A DNA stretch of 64,000 bases from Candidatus Marinacidobacterales bacterium (GTDB lineage Bacteria > Acidobacteriota > Vicinamibacteria > Marinacidobacterales > SMYC01). Position 1 is the stretch's first letter. Each line of letters begins with the position of its first letter. This document shows positions 39,937 through 51,137 of the stretch, piece after piece. Made by a program: the position numbers and the translations under genes. A model generated the notes under the pieces. The model had not been told where the DNA came from. It made no database searches and saw only the letters and a program-made list of their open reading frames with translations. The stretch covers positions 4,512,001 to 4,576,000 of the forward strand of contig OZ250169.1 in NCBI GenBank assembly GCA_965237955.1, written 5' to 3'.

Positions 39937-41070
39937 ATGGCGGAAGACAAAGACGGACGATCCAAAGCAATCGATATCGCGCTCAGCCAAATCGAAAAGC
40001 AGTTTGGCAAAGGCTCGATCATGAAGCTGGGCGATCGCGAGATCTCGAACATCCCATCCATCCCCACGGGCTCGATCTCGATCGATGCCGCGCTCGGCGT
40101 TGGCGGGCTGCCACGAGGACGTGTCGCCGAGATTTTCGGGCCGGAATCGTCGGGCAAAACCACGTTGGCGTTGCACGTCATCGCCGAAGCTCAGAAGACG
40201 GGCGGCATGGCGGCGTTCGTGGACGCGGAACACGCTCTCGATGCGATCTACGCCAAAGCACTCGGGGTCGACACCGACAATTTGCTCGTCTCGCAGCCCG
40301 ATAGCGGCGAGCAAGCGCTCGAGATCACCGAAGTGTTGATCCGTAGTGCGGCGGTCGACGTGGTGGTCATCGACTCGGTGGCCGCTCTCGTGCCCCGCTC
40401 CGAGCTCGACGGCGAGATGGGCGACGCTCAGATGGGGCTTCAAGCGCGGTTGATGTCCCAGGCGATGCGCAAGCTCACGGCCATTACATCGAAATCCAAC
40501 ACCTGTCTTGTTTTCATCAACCAGATTCGCGAGAAGATCGGCGTCATGTTCGGAAATCCCGAAACGACGACGGGTGGTCGGGCGCTCAAGTTCTACACTT
40601 CGGTTCGCGTCGACATCCGCCGTATCGCGTCGATCAAAGACGGCGACCAGATCGTGGGGAACCGCACCCGCGTCAAGATCGTCAAGAACAAAGTGGCGCC
40701 ACCATTCCGCCAGGCCGAGTTCGACATCCTGTACGGCCACGGCATCTCGAAAGAGGGCGACCTGCTCGACCTCGCGGTCTCACAGAACATCATCGAAAAA
40801 AGCGGAGCCTGGTACTCCTATGGAAACGAGCGCATCGGCCAAGGCCGCGAGAACGCGCGCCGTTTCCTGCAAGAGAACGCCAAGGCGGCCTCGAACATCG
40901 AGGCCAAGGTGCGCAAAGAGCTCGGCCTGACCTCGAACGGCGACTCCCAACCCGCCGGTGAAAAGGCTGAAAAGCCTGACAAGCACGAGGAGGCCGCTGC
41001 CCCGAAGGCGTCGAAAGCGACTCGAAGTGGTCCCCGCGAAGTCAAAGTCGCGGCCGACCGCGGCGCTTAA
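39937..41070 (+). CDS. recA: Recombinase RecA
   Basis: [66 protein letters not shown]. Confidence 0.99.
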   Translation: MAEDKDGRSKAIDIALSQIEKQFGKGSIMKLGDREISNIPSIPTGSISIDAALGVGGLPRGRVAEIFGPESSGKTTLALHVIAEAQKTGGMAAFVDAEHALDAIYAKALGVDTDNLLVSQPDSGEQALEITEVLIRSAAVDVVVIDSVAALVPRSELDGEMGDAQMGLQARLMSQAMRKLTAITSKSNTCLVFINQIREKIGVMFGNPETTTGGRALKFYTSVRVDIRRIASIKDGDQIVGNRTRVKIVKNKVAPPFRQAEFDILYGHGISKEGDLLDLAVSQNIIEKSGAWYSYGNERIGQGRENARRFLQENAKAASNIEAKVRKELGLTSNGDSQPAGEKAEKPDKHEEAAAPKASKATRSGPREVKVAADRGA

Positions 41071-41088
41071 AACCCCCCTCGGGCGCAA

Positions 41089-41130
41089 GGCCGGGGTCCC
41101 GTTTCTAACGGGACTCCGGCCGTATTTGTT
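41089..41130 (+). terminator. Intrinsic terminator after recA
   Basis: 15-bp stem GGCCGGGGTCCCGTT / AACGGGACTCCGGCC followed by GTATTTGTT. Confidence 0.6.
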
Positions 41131-41216
41131 GCGGGAATCGACTTTCCCCGCGCCGCCGGTAAGTTCGACTAGGCTCGTGCTCTGGCGGTCGGGCTATCCT
41201 GAGGGAGGAGACTTGG

Positions 41217-41435
41217 ATGGTGTTCAAGGTCTTGCTCCAGTGGGACAGCGAAGCCAACGCTTGGACGGCTACCGTTCCAGAGCTGAACGACATCTGCACC
41301 TTCGGCTCCGACGAGGAGGAGGCTCTAGCGATGGCCAAGGATATGATCATCGGCTACTTAGAGGCTTCCGCTAAGGTGGGCAGTGAGCCGACTACGCCGG
41401 TCTATCTTCCTCGCGTAGTTGAGCTAGCCATTTGA
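41217..41435 (+). CDS. hicB: HicB-family antitoxin (short form)
   Basis: W.ATVPEL...TFG...EEAL.MAKD.I.GYLE; strong RBS. Confidence 0.85.
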   Translation: MVFKVLLQWDSEANAWTATVPELNDICTFGSDEEEALAMAKDMIIGYLEASAKVGSEPTTPVYLPRVVELAI

Positions 41436-41494
41436 GGCGACTTCCTGCCGTCTCCGGCAAGCATGTCTTTCGCGCCCTCAACAGAAATGGCTAG

Positions 41495-41619
41495 TCCCCT
41501 GTATCAGAACAAACTAGATAAAGCAGAGCTTGCCGAAACCATTCTAAGTGCATGAATCTCATGAATCTTATGGGCTGGCGAAAAGCCTAACTTTGTATAG
41601 TAATCAAAGATCCAGGGGA
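41495..41619. mobile_element. 125-bp MITE
   Basis: TCCCCTGTATC ... GATCCAGGGGA terminal IRs, flanked by CTAG on both sides (41491-41494, 41620-41623); AT-rich, no ORF. Confidence 0.75.
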
Positions 41620-41688
41620 CTAGTTCGCACTGCCGCGGGCTCTCACAGGTTCTTGAAACACGCGACACGCGCTGGGCTAGTTGCCGTG

Positions 41689-43003
<1,315 letters not shown>

Positions 43004-43186
43004 GTGCCCTATACCAACAAGGACCTGCCCAAGAAGACGTTGGCGTCTGTTCTGAAACAAGCCGACCTGTCAGCAGACGAGCTGGCGGAGATGCCATAGA
43101 AGCCTGCTCGTCGAAGCTCTGCCGACGTACTTGTTTGCAGATCTTGACTTTCATCGCGCCGCCGCTAAAAATGGGGGGCTCTTTTT

Positions 43187-43262
43187 GCCGGGGTAGCTCA
43201 GTCGGTAGAGCGAAGGACTGAAAATCCTTGCGTCGGTGGTTCAATTCCACTCCCCGGCACCA
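43187..43262 (+). tRNA. tRNA-Phe (GAA)
   Basis: 76-nt cloverleaf GCCGGGG...CCCCGGC-A-CCA; anticodon arm AGGA-CTGAAAA-TCCT; TTCAA T-loop; TTGACT promoter box upstream. Confidence 0.97.
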
Positions 43263-43554
43263 TATTTATCAGTAGTTTATGGCTCTCGCGACAGCATAGT
43301 AGAGCCGAATTGGGGGACGCCTTTCTTTGGCTTGCGATGGATCCTCGACGCGCGCCTCTCTTGTCGGCCCTTCCGTTCGAGAAGCGTTGCAACAAACACT
43401 GCCGTTTGAGGAGACGGAAAACCGTGCAGCGACTGGCGAGGATTTGTGGCCTCTCTCGGACGGGACCATTCGGAAGTGGAAGTTCACGCATCTTTTTGCC
43501 TTGAAGACGGGTTTTCGAAGTTCGAGTGCCAAGGCTCAGAAGGCTAGAGACTGT

Positions 43555-43860
43555 TCACCGCTCACGAGGTACACCGACATTAGCCCCAAAGTGCTGGTGA
43601 AGATTCTGCATCAGCACGACACCTTCCCGGCTGTTCGCGTCAAGATGAAGGATTCTCTCGACGAGTTTCGGGCACTGCGCTGAATAGGTCTTGTAGACAT
43701 CGTCTTGCTCTAAGAAACACTCCATAGCGTACAAGTAGGCTTGGCCTAGTTGAACGCGCAGAGCGTTTAGAGCGTAGCGGTTGTGAAGATTCTGATCGTA
43801 GTAGAACTGAAGCCCGTCCTCTAGCGTATCGATCGCTTCAGTCAATCGACCGCCTCTTGC
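43555..43860 (-). pseudogene. C-terminal fragment of a TPR-like helical protein
   Basis: LARGGRLTEAIDTLEDGL..LGQAYL; 5' part replaced by an IS5 remnant. Confidence 0.4.
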
Positions 43861-44275
43861 TAGGATACTCGGTCGGTGTACGAGCTGCTCGGTGAGGTCG
43901 GCACCGCGGACATCAAGTTCGTGATCCCACCTCGACGAGGGGCGGTGCCTTCGGACGGCGCCGAGGGCACGTGGGCGCAGCGGAACGCAACCCTCGAGAC
44001 GATTCGCAATGTCGGACGCCAAGGCTGGCAGCGGAAGTCACGGTATCGACGACAGGGCTCCGTCCAGAATCTTTTCTTCAGGTACAAGCGCACGCTCGGA
44101 AACAGCCTTCTCGCGCGCGGCTACGAATCGCAGAAGCGGGAGGCAAGGATCGGGTGCAATGTATTGAGCCGGATGGCTGAGCTGGGCAAGCCTGAATCCC
44201 AAGCGATCGTCGGGGAGTAAGTTGGGCCGCCAAAAGGTTCCGTGCGTGTCCCGCACTGATTCATGCACCAACGCC
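43861..44275 (+). mobile_element. IS5/IS903-group 3' remnant (different element from copies 1-3)
   Basis: VIPPRRGA..RN..W...SRY..Q..V...F.RYK..G..L.AR....Q..EARIGCNVL; right end GATTCATGCACCAACGCC. Confidence 0.85.
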
Positions 44276-44347
44276 CAGCGGCCGGGCCGGGACATCCCCT
44301 CCTGGAGAGAGATACAATGGACAGGCTACCCGAGAAAGGTTTCCAGC

Positions 44348-45889
44348 ATGGCGCAAGTCTTCCAGATAGCCTCTCAGAGGTTGCCCCTGTTTGGGGTGGT
44401 CTTGGCGGCCTGGCTCGGAGTCTCTCTTTCGTGTGGATCCTCCGGCCCATGGCAAGACAACCAGAGTGACGACAGCCGGGTGGATGCTCGTACACCAGGT
44501 GGCGATGCGCAGGCCGCCCGCGAGCGCGACGAAGAAGACGGGAGCAAGCAGGTTGCGTCCTCGGAGGGGGGTGAGCTTCGTAGCCTGACCGGTGCTCGAA
44601 CCCGGGTCGTCTGGACCCAGGATGTCGCCGACGGGACGGACATCCTCAGCGCGGGGAATCAGCTGATCTTGATGGGCTTTGACACCCACGACGACCTCGG
44701 CGAGCGACCTATCCTCGCCACAACGGCTAACTATTCCAAACCCCTGATCACGCCTCTTGGCAACCGGGTTGTGTTCTCGGACCACCAGCAAGGGAGCGCG
44801 TTCATTGTGAACTGGGATGGATCCGGCCTGAGGCGGCTTGAGGAAGGGTTTGCTCTCGCAACCTGGATCGATCCGGATACGAGAATCGAGTGGGTCTACA
44901 TCGGCACGGACGAAGCGCCGACCAGAGCTCCCTCCTATCGAATCGTCACGCGGTACCAGATCGATCGATTAGACGTGAGAGAAGTCGTCTGGGACAAGAA
45001 ACCGGTGAACCACAATAGCTTCCAGCTGTCAGCGGACGGCCGCCTCGCCGGCGGCCTGTTTCCTTGGCCTAATGCGGGTGTGGCGGAGCTGCCCAATGGA
45101 TCGTGGCGGCCCCTGGGAAAGGGATGTTGGACGGCTCTGGCAGGTGGCTCGAGCTCATTGTTCTGGTACTTCGACGGGGCTCACCGGAACCTGACCATGG
45201 TGGATCTGGAACGTGACGAACGGTGGCGGGTCAACATCAACAGTGCGCCCGGCATCGAGGGTTACGAGATTTATCATCCACGGTGGACCAACCATCCCCG
45301 GTTCCTCACGATGACCGGTCCCTACACCGTGGGCAACGAGGCGAACAAGATCCGTGGGGGTGGTCAACAGGTCGAGATCTACGTTGGGCGATTTGCCGCT
45401 GATTTCACCTCCGTCGGGGACTGGGTCAGGGTGACGGCCAACCGGCGCGCCGATTTTTACCCAGATGCTTGGATTGATCCGACCGAGCAACTCCCGACCA
45501 GCATGGTGCGTGACGTCGGACCTGAGGCAGCGCCCCCGTCAGCGGCGCCGGCCGCCGAAGCGAGCGCCCCGCTGGTCGTTGAGGCCCGGGTGCTGGAGAG
45601 CGGTCCGATTCCCACCCCGAAGTCGATCCTCCCCTATCGGCGTGCGCTGCTCGTCATCGAATACGAAGTCGTCCGCGTTCTGTCCGGCGCCTACGAAGAA
45701 AAGAAGATCCTCGTTGCACACTGGGTCATTCGAGACGACGAAGTGCTGGCCACGGCGGCGCGAGAACGGGGCACGGTCCATCGAATGTCGCTCGGCGCCT
45801 ATGACGAGCACGAGGAGCTGGAAGGAGAGCGGCTCGTCATGGATAGCGACGAATTTGGCCTGCGCCTCTATTACGACATCGCCAGCTAG
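44348..45889 (+). CDS. Putative lipoprotein with beta-propeller-like region and a C-terminal domain shared with the AlgJ-like protein
   Basis: Lipobox-like SLS-C; first gene of the acetylation cluster. Confidence 0.7.
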   Translation: MAQVFQIASQRLPLFGVVLAAWLGVSLSCGSSGPWQDNQSDDSRVDARTPGGDAQAARERDEEDGSKQVASSEGGELRSLTGARTRVVWTQDVADGTDILSAGNQLILMGFDTHDDLGERPILATTANYSKPLITPLGNRVVFSDHQQGSAFIVNWDGSGLRRLEEGFALATWIDPDTRIEWVYIGTDEAPTRAPSYRIVTRYQIDRLDVREVVWDKKPVNHNSFQLSADGRLAGGLFPWPNAGVAELPNGSWRPLGKGCWTALAGGSSSLFWYFDGAHRNLTMVDLERDERWRVNINSAPGIEGYEIYHPRWTNHPRFLTMTGPYTVGNEANKIRGGGQQVEIYVGRFAADFTSVGDWVRVTANRRADFYPDAWIDPTEQLPTSMVRDVGPEAAPPSAAPAAEASAPLVVEARVLESGPIPTPKSILPYRRALLVIEYEVVRVLSGAYEEKKILVAHWVIRDDEVLATAARERGTVHRMSLGAYDEHEELEGERLVMDSDEFGLRLYYDIAS

Positions 45890-45996
45890 TGCCGTTCCAA
45901 CTTGTTTCGCTAGCAAACCCGTTGCCCAGGTGCCGGCACGAGCGACCTGCCGTGGCGCCGACATTTGGGCGTAGATAGTTGGAAAGGCACTAAAGA

Positions 45997-47454
45997 GTGG
46001 TTTTCAGCTCGTACCTCTTCCTCTTCTACTATCTCCCGGTTGTCCTGCTCCTCTACTACGCTTCACCGCGTCGAGGTAAACACCTTCTCCTCACCCTGGT
46101 GAGCTATCTGTTCTACGGGTGGGCGAACCCGCTTTTTGTCTTCCTCCTTTTGGGATCGACGACGGTGGATTACTTCTGTGGACTCGTGATTACCGAGCAC
46201 GGCGTGCGCAACTGGGGAAATCCGATCCGAAAGCTCCAGCCCGGGACACCGCGCACCCGCTCCCAGCGTGTCGCCGTGACCTTGTCCATCGTCTCCAATT
46301 TGTCACTGCTGGGCTTTTTCAAGTACTTCAATTTCGCCGCGGATAACTTCGATGCGATCCTGACCTGGCTCGGCCTGCCGGAGCTCCAGATTCAGAGGGT
46401 GATCACCGTGGTGTTGCCCCTCGGAATCAGCTTCTACACCTTCCAGTCGATGAGCTACACCATCGACGTCTATCGTGGTCACGCTCGCGCGCTTCGGAAT
46501 TTCATCGACTTCGCCTGCTACGTGTCGATGTTTCCTCAGCTCGTGGCTGGGCCGATAATCCGGTTCTCGGAGGTCGCCGACCAACTTGCCGAGCGGACGC
46601 ACACCGTCACGAAGTTCGCGCGTGGCGTCGCCTTCGTTAGTGTCGGGCTAGCGAAGAAGATCCTCCTCGCCAATCCCTGTGGCAAGGTGGCGGATGTGGC
46701 GTTCGAGGCGGGATCCATCGGTCTCGTGGATGCCTGGTACGGCGTGATCGGCTACGCCTTCCAGATCTACTTCGACTTCAGCGCGTACTCGGACATGGCA
46801 ATCGGGCTGGGCCTCATGCTGGGATTCGTCTTCTCCAAGAACTTCGATTCTCCCTACCTCGCCCAGTCGATCACCGAGTTCTGGCGGCGGTGGCACATCT
46901 CCCTGTCAACCTGGCTCCGAGACTATCTCTACATTCCGCTCGGCGGAAGTCGCCGAGGACCGGCAAGGACCTACCTGAACCTGGGCGTCGTCATGCTCCT
47001 CGGAGGCCTGTGGCACGGCGCGGCCTGGAACTTCGTTATCTGGGGAGGCTTGCATGGCCTCTTACTCGCCGCGGAGCGCCTCCGCGGAAAGACCTCCCCG
47101 TATCAGTGGCTACCCAAAGCTGGCCGCCGGGCCGTGACGTTCGTCCTTGTGCTCATCACCTGGGTGTTCTTTCGGGCCGACGATCTGCCAGCGGCGCTCC
47201 TCTATCTTCGAAGCATGTTCGGGCTCGAGGCTGCATACGAAAGCGCCGGGCTTCTGAGCGGGATTTTGTATCAGCCGTATTATCTCGGCACCGTCCTGGT
47301 TGCGGCTCTGGTGACCTGGACTTGCCCACAGACCTGGGATTGGACACGCACGATCACGCCACTGAAGGCGGGTGCGCTCGTCCTGCTCTGGCTGGTCTCA
47401 CTCGCCGTGCTGGCAACGCAGACCTACAACCCGTTCATCTACTTCATTTTTTGA
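45997..47454 (+). CDS. algI: MBOAT O-acyltransferase, AlgI/PatA type
   Basis: MVFSSYLFLF, FKY.NF, LPLGISFYTFQSMSY.IDVY, FPQLVAGPI, QIYFDFS.YSDMA, FWRRWHISLS.W.RDY.YIPLGG, GLWHGA. Confidence 0.93.
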   Translation: MVFSSYLFLFYYLPVVLLLYYASPRRGKHLLLTLVSYLFYGWANPLFVFLLLGSTTVDYFCGLVITEHGVRNWGNPIRKLQPGTPRTRSQRVAVTLSIVSNLSLLGFFKYFNFAADNFDAILTWLGLPELQIQRVITVVLPLGISFYTFQSMSYTIDVYRGHARALRNFIDFACYVSMFPQLVAGPIIRFSEVADQLAERTHTVTKFARGVAFVSVGLAKKILLANPCGKVADVAFEAGSIGLVDAWYGVIGYAFQIYFDFSAYSDMAIGLGLMLGFVFSKNFDSPYLAQSITEFWRRWHISLSTWLRDYLYIPLGGSRRGPARTYLNLGVVMLLGGLWHGAAWNFVIWGGLHGLLLAAERLRGKTSPYQWLPKAGRRAVTFVLVLITWVFFRADDLPAALLYLRSMFGLEAAYESAGLLSGILYQPYYLGTVLVAALVTWTCPQTWDWTRTITPLKAGALVLLWLVSLAVLATQTYNPFIYFIF

Positions 47455-47471
47455 AAGGACATTAGCTGCCG

Positions 47472-49175
47472 ATGCCGGAGACCTCGCTGCAAGACTTCCG
47501 AGAGGAGCTCGCCAGACGCGAAGTGGGCCGGACGACGGTTGGGCGACGGACCGCCTGGGTTCTCGTGGCGCAGTTTCTGCTCGTGGTCGGTGCGGTGCCG
47601 CTCAGCGAGATCCTTCGCGACCGTCGGAATCCCGAGGCGACAGACACCCTCCGCGAACGACTGTCACGCCTGGTGCGTACGTTCCTGCCGGCGGACACGG
47701 ACCATGCCGAGACCGCGTCACCGCTTGTCTCGCGGATCGTCTCGCGGAACCGAGCGCTCATCCGGGAGCTCGATCGGTTTGGGGACGCGGCGGAGGATGT
47801 ATCGCTGCTTGGACGGCAGCTGCGGCCGCCAACCCAATACGGGCTCGCGGGCCTCGGCGCGGGTAACGAACAGGCCTACATCGGGCGTACGGGGTGGCTG
47901 TTCTATCGCCAGGGGCTGGACTACCTCACAGGACCCGGCTTTCTCGAGCCCAGGCAGCTTGCGACCCGCCGTGCGACGAACGACCTCGGGGATAGCCTGC
48001 AACCGGATCCGCGCCCGGCGATCCTGCAGCTGAAAGCGCAGCTCGATGAGCGAGGGATCCAACTCGTCGTCATGCCGACACCCGTCAAGTCGACCATTCA
48101 TCCGGAACGCTTCAGCCGTCGCTTCGAGGGCCGGAAGGATCCGCTTCGGCCGGCTTCGTATGCGACCTTCATTCGTGAGCTCGAGCAGCGCGGCATGCTC
48201 GTTTTCGATCCTGCCCCGGACCTGCTCGAAGCGAAGCGTCGGAGGGGAACGTCTCAGCACTTGATGGCCGACACGCACTGGCGACCTGAGGCAATGGAGT
48301 TGGTGGCCGCTCGTCTTCGTGATTTTGTGACGCGGCATGTCGATCTGCCGCCGACGCCGCCAGCCGGCTACGTCACTACACCTGTGGAGGTCACGAATCC
48401 GGGCGACGTCGCCCGGATGTTGGATCTGCCGGAAGGGCAGTCTTGCTATCCAGCGGAGAACGTCCGGCTGCGACAGATCCGCAGCGCGGATCACGCGCTC
48501 TGGCAGCCGAGTCGATCTGCAGACGTCTTGCTGCTCGGTGACAGCTTCAGCAACATCTACTCGCTTGCCGAGATGGGATGGGGTGAGTCTGCTGGATTTG
48601 CCGAGCAGCTGAGTTTTCTCATGCAACGACCTATTGACCGGATCGTTCAGAACGCCGACGGGGCGTTTGCTACACGGGAGCTTCTGGGGCGCGAGCTGGC
48701 GCGCGGCAGGGATCGCCTCGCGGGCAAGCGCCTCGTGGTCTTCCAGTTTGCGGAGAGGGAGCTGGCCTTTGGAGACTGGAAGCTCGTGGATCTCACTCTG
48801 GGCGAGGCAGCGCCAGGCCGTTTCTTCGTTCCAGACGTCGGAGAGGAGGTCGTCGTAACCGGGACCATTCGAGAGATTGCCCCGATTCCGCGCCCGGGTA
48901 CGGTTCCTTACGCGGACCACATCACAGCGATGCACCTCGTGGAGCTTGCTAGCGAGCGGGCAGGCGTGAGCGGGGGCCAGGCCGTCGTGTACATCTGGGG
49001 AATGCGTGACCACGTTTTGAAGGAAGCCGCACAGTTTCGGGCGGGAGACACGATCGCGGTCCGCCTCCGGCCGTGGTTAGATGTGGCGGATCAGTACGAC
49101 AGTATCAGCCGCACCGAGCTTACGAACGACGACGTGCAGTTTGAAGAGCCGACGTGGGGCGAGGTGGTTAATTAG
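47472..49175 (+). CDS. AlgJ/AlgX-like SGNH O-acetyltransferase with extra C-terminal domain
   Basis: G..GWLFY, P.K..IHPE, DTHW, GDSFS. Confidence 0.85.
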   Translation: MPETSLQDFREELARREVGRTTVGRRTAWVLVAQFLLVVGAVPLSEILRDRRNPEATDTLRERLSRLVRTFLPADTDHAETASPLVSRIVSRNRALIRELDRFGDAAEDVSLLGRQLRPPTQYGLAGLGAGNEQAYIGRTGWLFYRQGLDYLTGPGFLEPRQLATRRATNDLGDSLQPDPRPAILQLKAQLDERGIQLVVMPTPVKSTIHPERFSRRFEGRKDPLRPASYATFIRELEQRGMLVFDPAPDLLEAKRRRGTSQHLMADTHWRPEAMELVAARLRDFVTRHVDLPPTPPAGYVTTPVEVTNPGDVARMLDLPEGQSCYPAENVRLRQIRSADHALWQPSRSADVLLLGDSFSNIYSLAEMGWGESAGFAEQLSFLMQRPIDRIVQNADGAFATRELLGRELARGRDRLAGKRLVVFQFAERELAFGDWKLVDLTLGEAAPGRFFVPDVGEEVVVTGTIREIAPIPRPGTVPYADHITAMHLVELASERAGVSGGQAVVYIWGMRDHVLKEAAQFRAGDTIAVRLRPWLDVADQYDSISRTELTNDDVQFEEPTWGEVVN

Positions 49176-50242
49176 TGTTACGAAGCAGCGCTGCGGCGGC
49201 CGGTATTGCCCTCCTGGTCTTTTCGTGTAGCCAGGGAGGCACGCAGCCACCCGACGCAAACGCGCTGTTCACCGAATGGGCGAGCTTGGCTCGGTCCGCT
49301 GAGCAGCAAGGGTCCATTGTGGTCGAGGGCAGTGAGGGGTGGTTGTTCTTCGCCCCCGAGCTGCGGCACGTCGGCGTGGGCGAGTTCTGGGGCGACGCCG
49401 CGGCTGCAGTGAGCAAGGCAAGACGCCCGGAATGGGGGGACCCGCTTCCGGCTGTGCTCGACTTTCACAAACAGCTCCTCGAGGCAGGCGTCGGGCTCGT
49501 GATCGTACCTGTACCGCCCAAGAGCATCATCTACCCGGATAAGCTTCCGTCCACCGTCGAGTTCGGCGCTGAGCCGCTGCCACGTCTCGACGTCCATCAT
49601 CAGACGTTCTATGAGCTGCTTCGCGAGAGTGGTGTGAAGGTCCTGGACCTTACGCCCGTTTTTCTGTCGAATCGAGTGCATCCCAATGGCCCTCTGTACT
49701 GCCAGCAGGACACACATTGGTCGGGCATCGCCACGGCCCTCGCGGCGGAGCAGATCGCCGCCGACGTCGACTCCAAGCCGTGGTTCGAGGCTGCGGCAAA
49801 AACAACCTTTCAGGACGGGTGGAAAACGGTGGAGATTGCCGGTGATCTGTGGCGAGCGCTAGCCGAGCCCTCGCTGGCCAAGGAGCGACTCTCATTGCGT
49901 TTCGTGGGAACCGGCACCGAAGGCGCTCTCACCCCGGTAGAGTCCGATCCATGGAGCCCGGTTGTGCTTCTGGGCGACAGCCACACGCTGATGTTCCATG
50001 CCGGCGGCGACATGCACGCGCAGGGGGCTGGCCTGGCCGATCAGCTCGCCTTGGAATTTGGATTTGCGATCGACCTGGTGGGAGTGCGCGGCTCTGGGGC
50101 GACAGCGGCGCGGATCAACCTGTTGCGGCGTGCTCAGCGAATGCCCGGGTACTGGGCCAACAAGCGGCTGGTCATTTGGTGCTTCGCGGCCCGCGAGTTC
50201 ACTGAGAGCGACGGGTGGCGGAAAGTCCCGATCGGGTCGTGA
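49175..50242 (+). CDS. AlgX/AlgJ-like SGNH O-acetyltransferase (lipoprotein)
   Basis: VFS-C lipobox; G.EGWLFF, PPKS.IYPD, DTHW, GDSH. Confidence 0.85.
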   Translation: MLRSSAAAAGIALLVFSCSQGGTQPPDANALFTEWASLARSAEQQGSIVVEGSEGWLFFAPELRHVGVGEFWGDAAAAVSKARRPEWGDPLPAVLDFHKQLLEAGVGLVIVPVPPKSIIYPDKLPSTVEFGAEPLPRLDVHHQTFYELLRESGVKVLDLTPVFLSNRVHPNGPLYCQQDTHWSGIATALAAEQIAADVDSKPWFEAAAKTTFQDGWKTVEIAGDLWRALAEPSLAKERLSLRFVGTGTEGALTPVESDPWSPVVLLGDSHTLMFHAGGDMHAQGAGLADQLALEFGFAIDLVGVRGSGATAARINLLRRAQRMPGYWANKRLVIWCFAAREFTESDGWRKVPIGS

Positions 50243-50319
50243 CACTCAGTCGAACCTCGCTCCTGTCATTCATCATTATTGATCCGGCCGGGCCGCACCG
50301 GCACACACACTTCAAGTCC

Positions 50320-50480
50320 GAGACAATGAATCCGAGCTTCGTGAGCTCCGCGTGGATACGCCACGCGGTGCGCCCCAGCCGTCCTGAAGCCATCACCCGG
50401 ATGAGCCGACGTATCTCGGCGTCGATACGAGGCCGGCCAGGATAGCGCCTCTTGGAGAGCCAGTTCCAGTATCGTTGGAA
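50320..50480 (-). mobile_element. Short remnant of an IS481-like integrase (same type as 14418-15652)
   Basis: PGRPRIDAEIRRLIRVMA...IHAELTKLG. Confidence 0.55.
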
Positions 50481-50757
50481 TCGATCCCGATTCCTTGTCC
50501 GCGTTGACGATGACCAAGCGGCTCGTTCACGGGGGGCTGTGCCTCATCAAAATCCGTCCACGTGTAAAATCAGAGACTTACGCGCGTTCTCGCATCGTCC
50601 AGAGAGCGGATCTCACGCTTGAGATCGCGGCGAGGGTGACACTCCGCCCGAATTTTCAGGGGCTCGTGCGCAAAAAAAGCCGACCATCTGTCCGCCGACT
50701 GAGTGATGCGCCCGATGACCCTCTATTTGGCTCTTCACGCGGGCGGATGGGCAAGTG

Positions 50758-50940
50758 ACTTTGCCCGGACTTTGCCCGTCTTGCTGGCGGGTTGTGGTCT
50801 GTTCTGGTTGTTGCTGTCTGCACGCCCTCTCGTAAGAGACGGGAAACAAACCAAAACCGACCAGAACCGACCAGCAGAGACCACATCCGCGGGGTCTGAA
50901 AATCCTTGCGTCGCCAGTTCAATTCTGGCCCCCGGCACCA
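50758..50940 (+). repeat. att-like module A: arm repeats, hairpin and tRNA-Phe 3' half (variant T-stem)
   Basis: 2x ACTTTGCCC, imperfect inverted repeat 50783-50875, 45-nt tRNA fragment 50896-50940. Confidence 0.85.
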
Positions 50941-51137
50941 CGCCAGATCAAATCATCTCAACACTTTCCAGGCGTCGGTGTTTTCGTTTGGACTCCAAAG
51001 TCCCGCTGACTTTGCCCCTCGAGCTTTCCGATAGAGATTCCTCTCACGGGTGGTGCGGGCAGCGGTGCAGGCGATGTGGGAAAACCGGGCGATTCAGGCT
51101 AATCACTGGTAGTGGCCTCTGCCGGTGCCTGCACCGA

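Noticed and set aside
43327-43683. ORF right after the tRNA with 'LTRYTDIS', reminiscent of a tyrosine recombinase catalytic-Tyr region
   Set aside because: No HxxR or LGH motif and no plausible N-terminus; cannot be supported without an HMM search, though a highly decayed integrase is not excluded.
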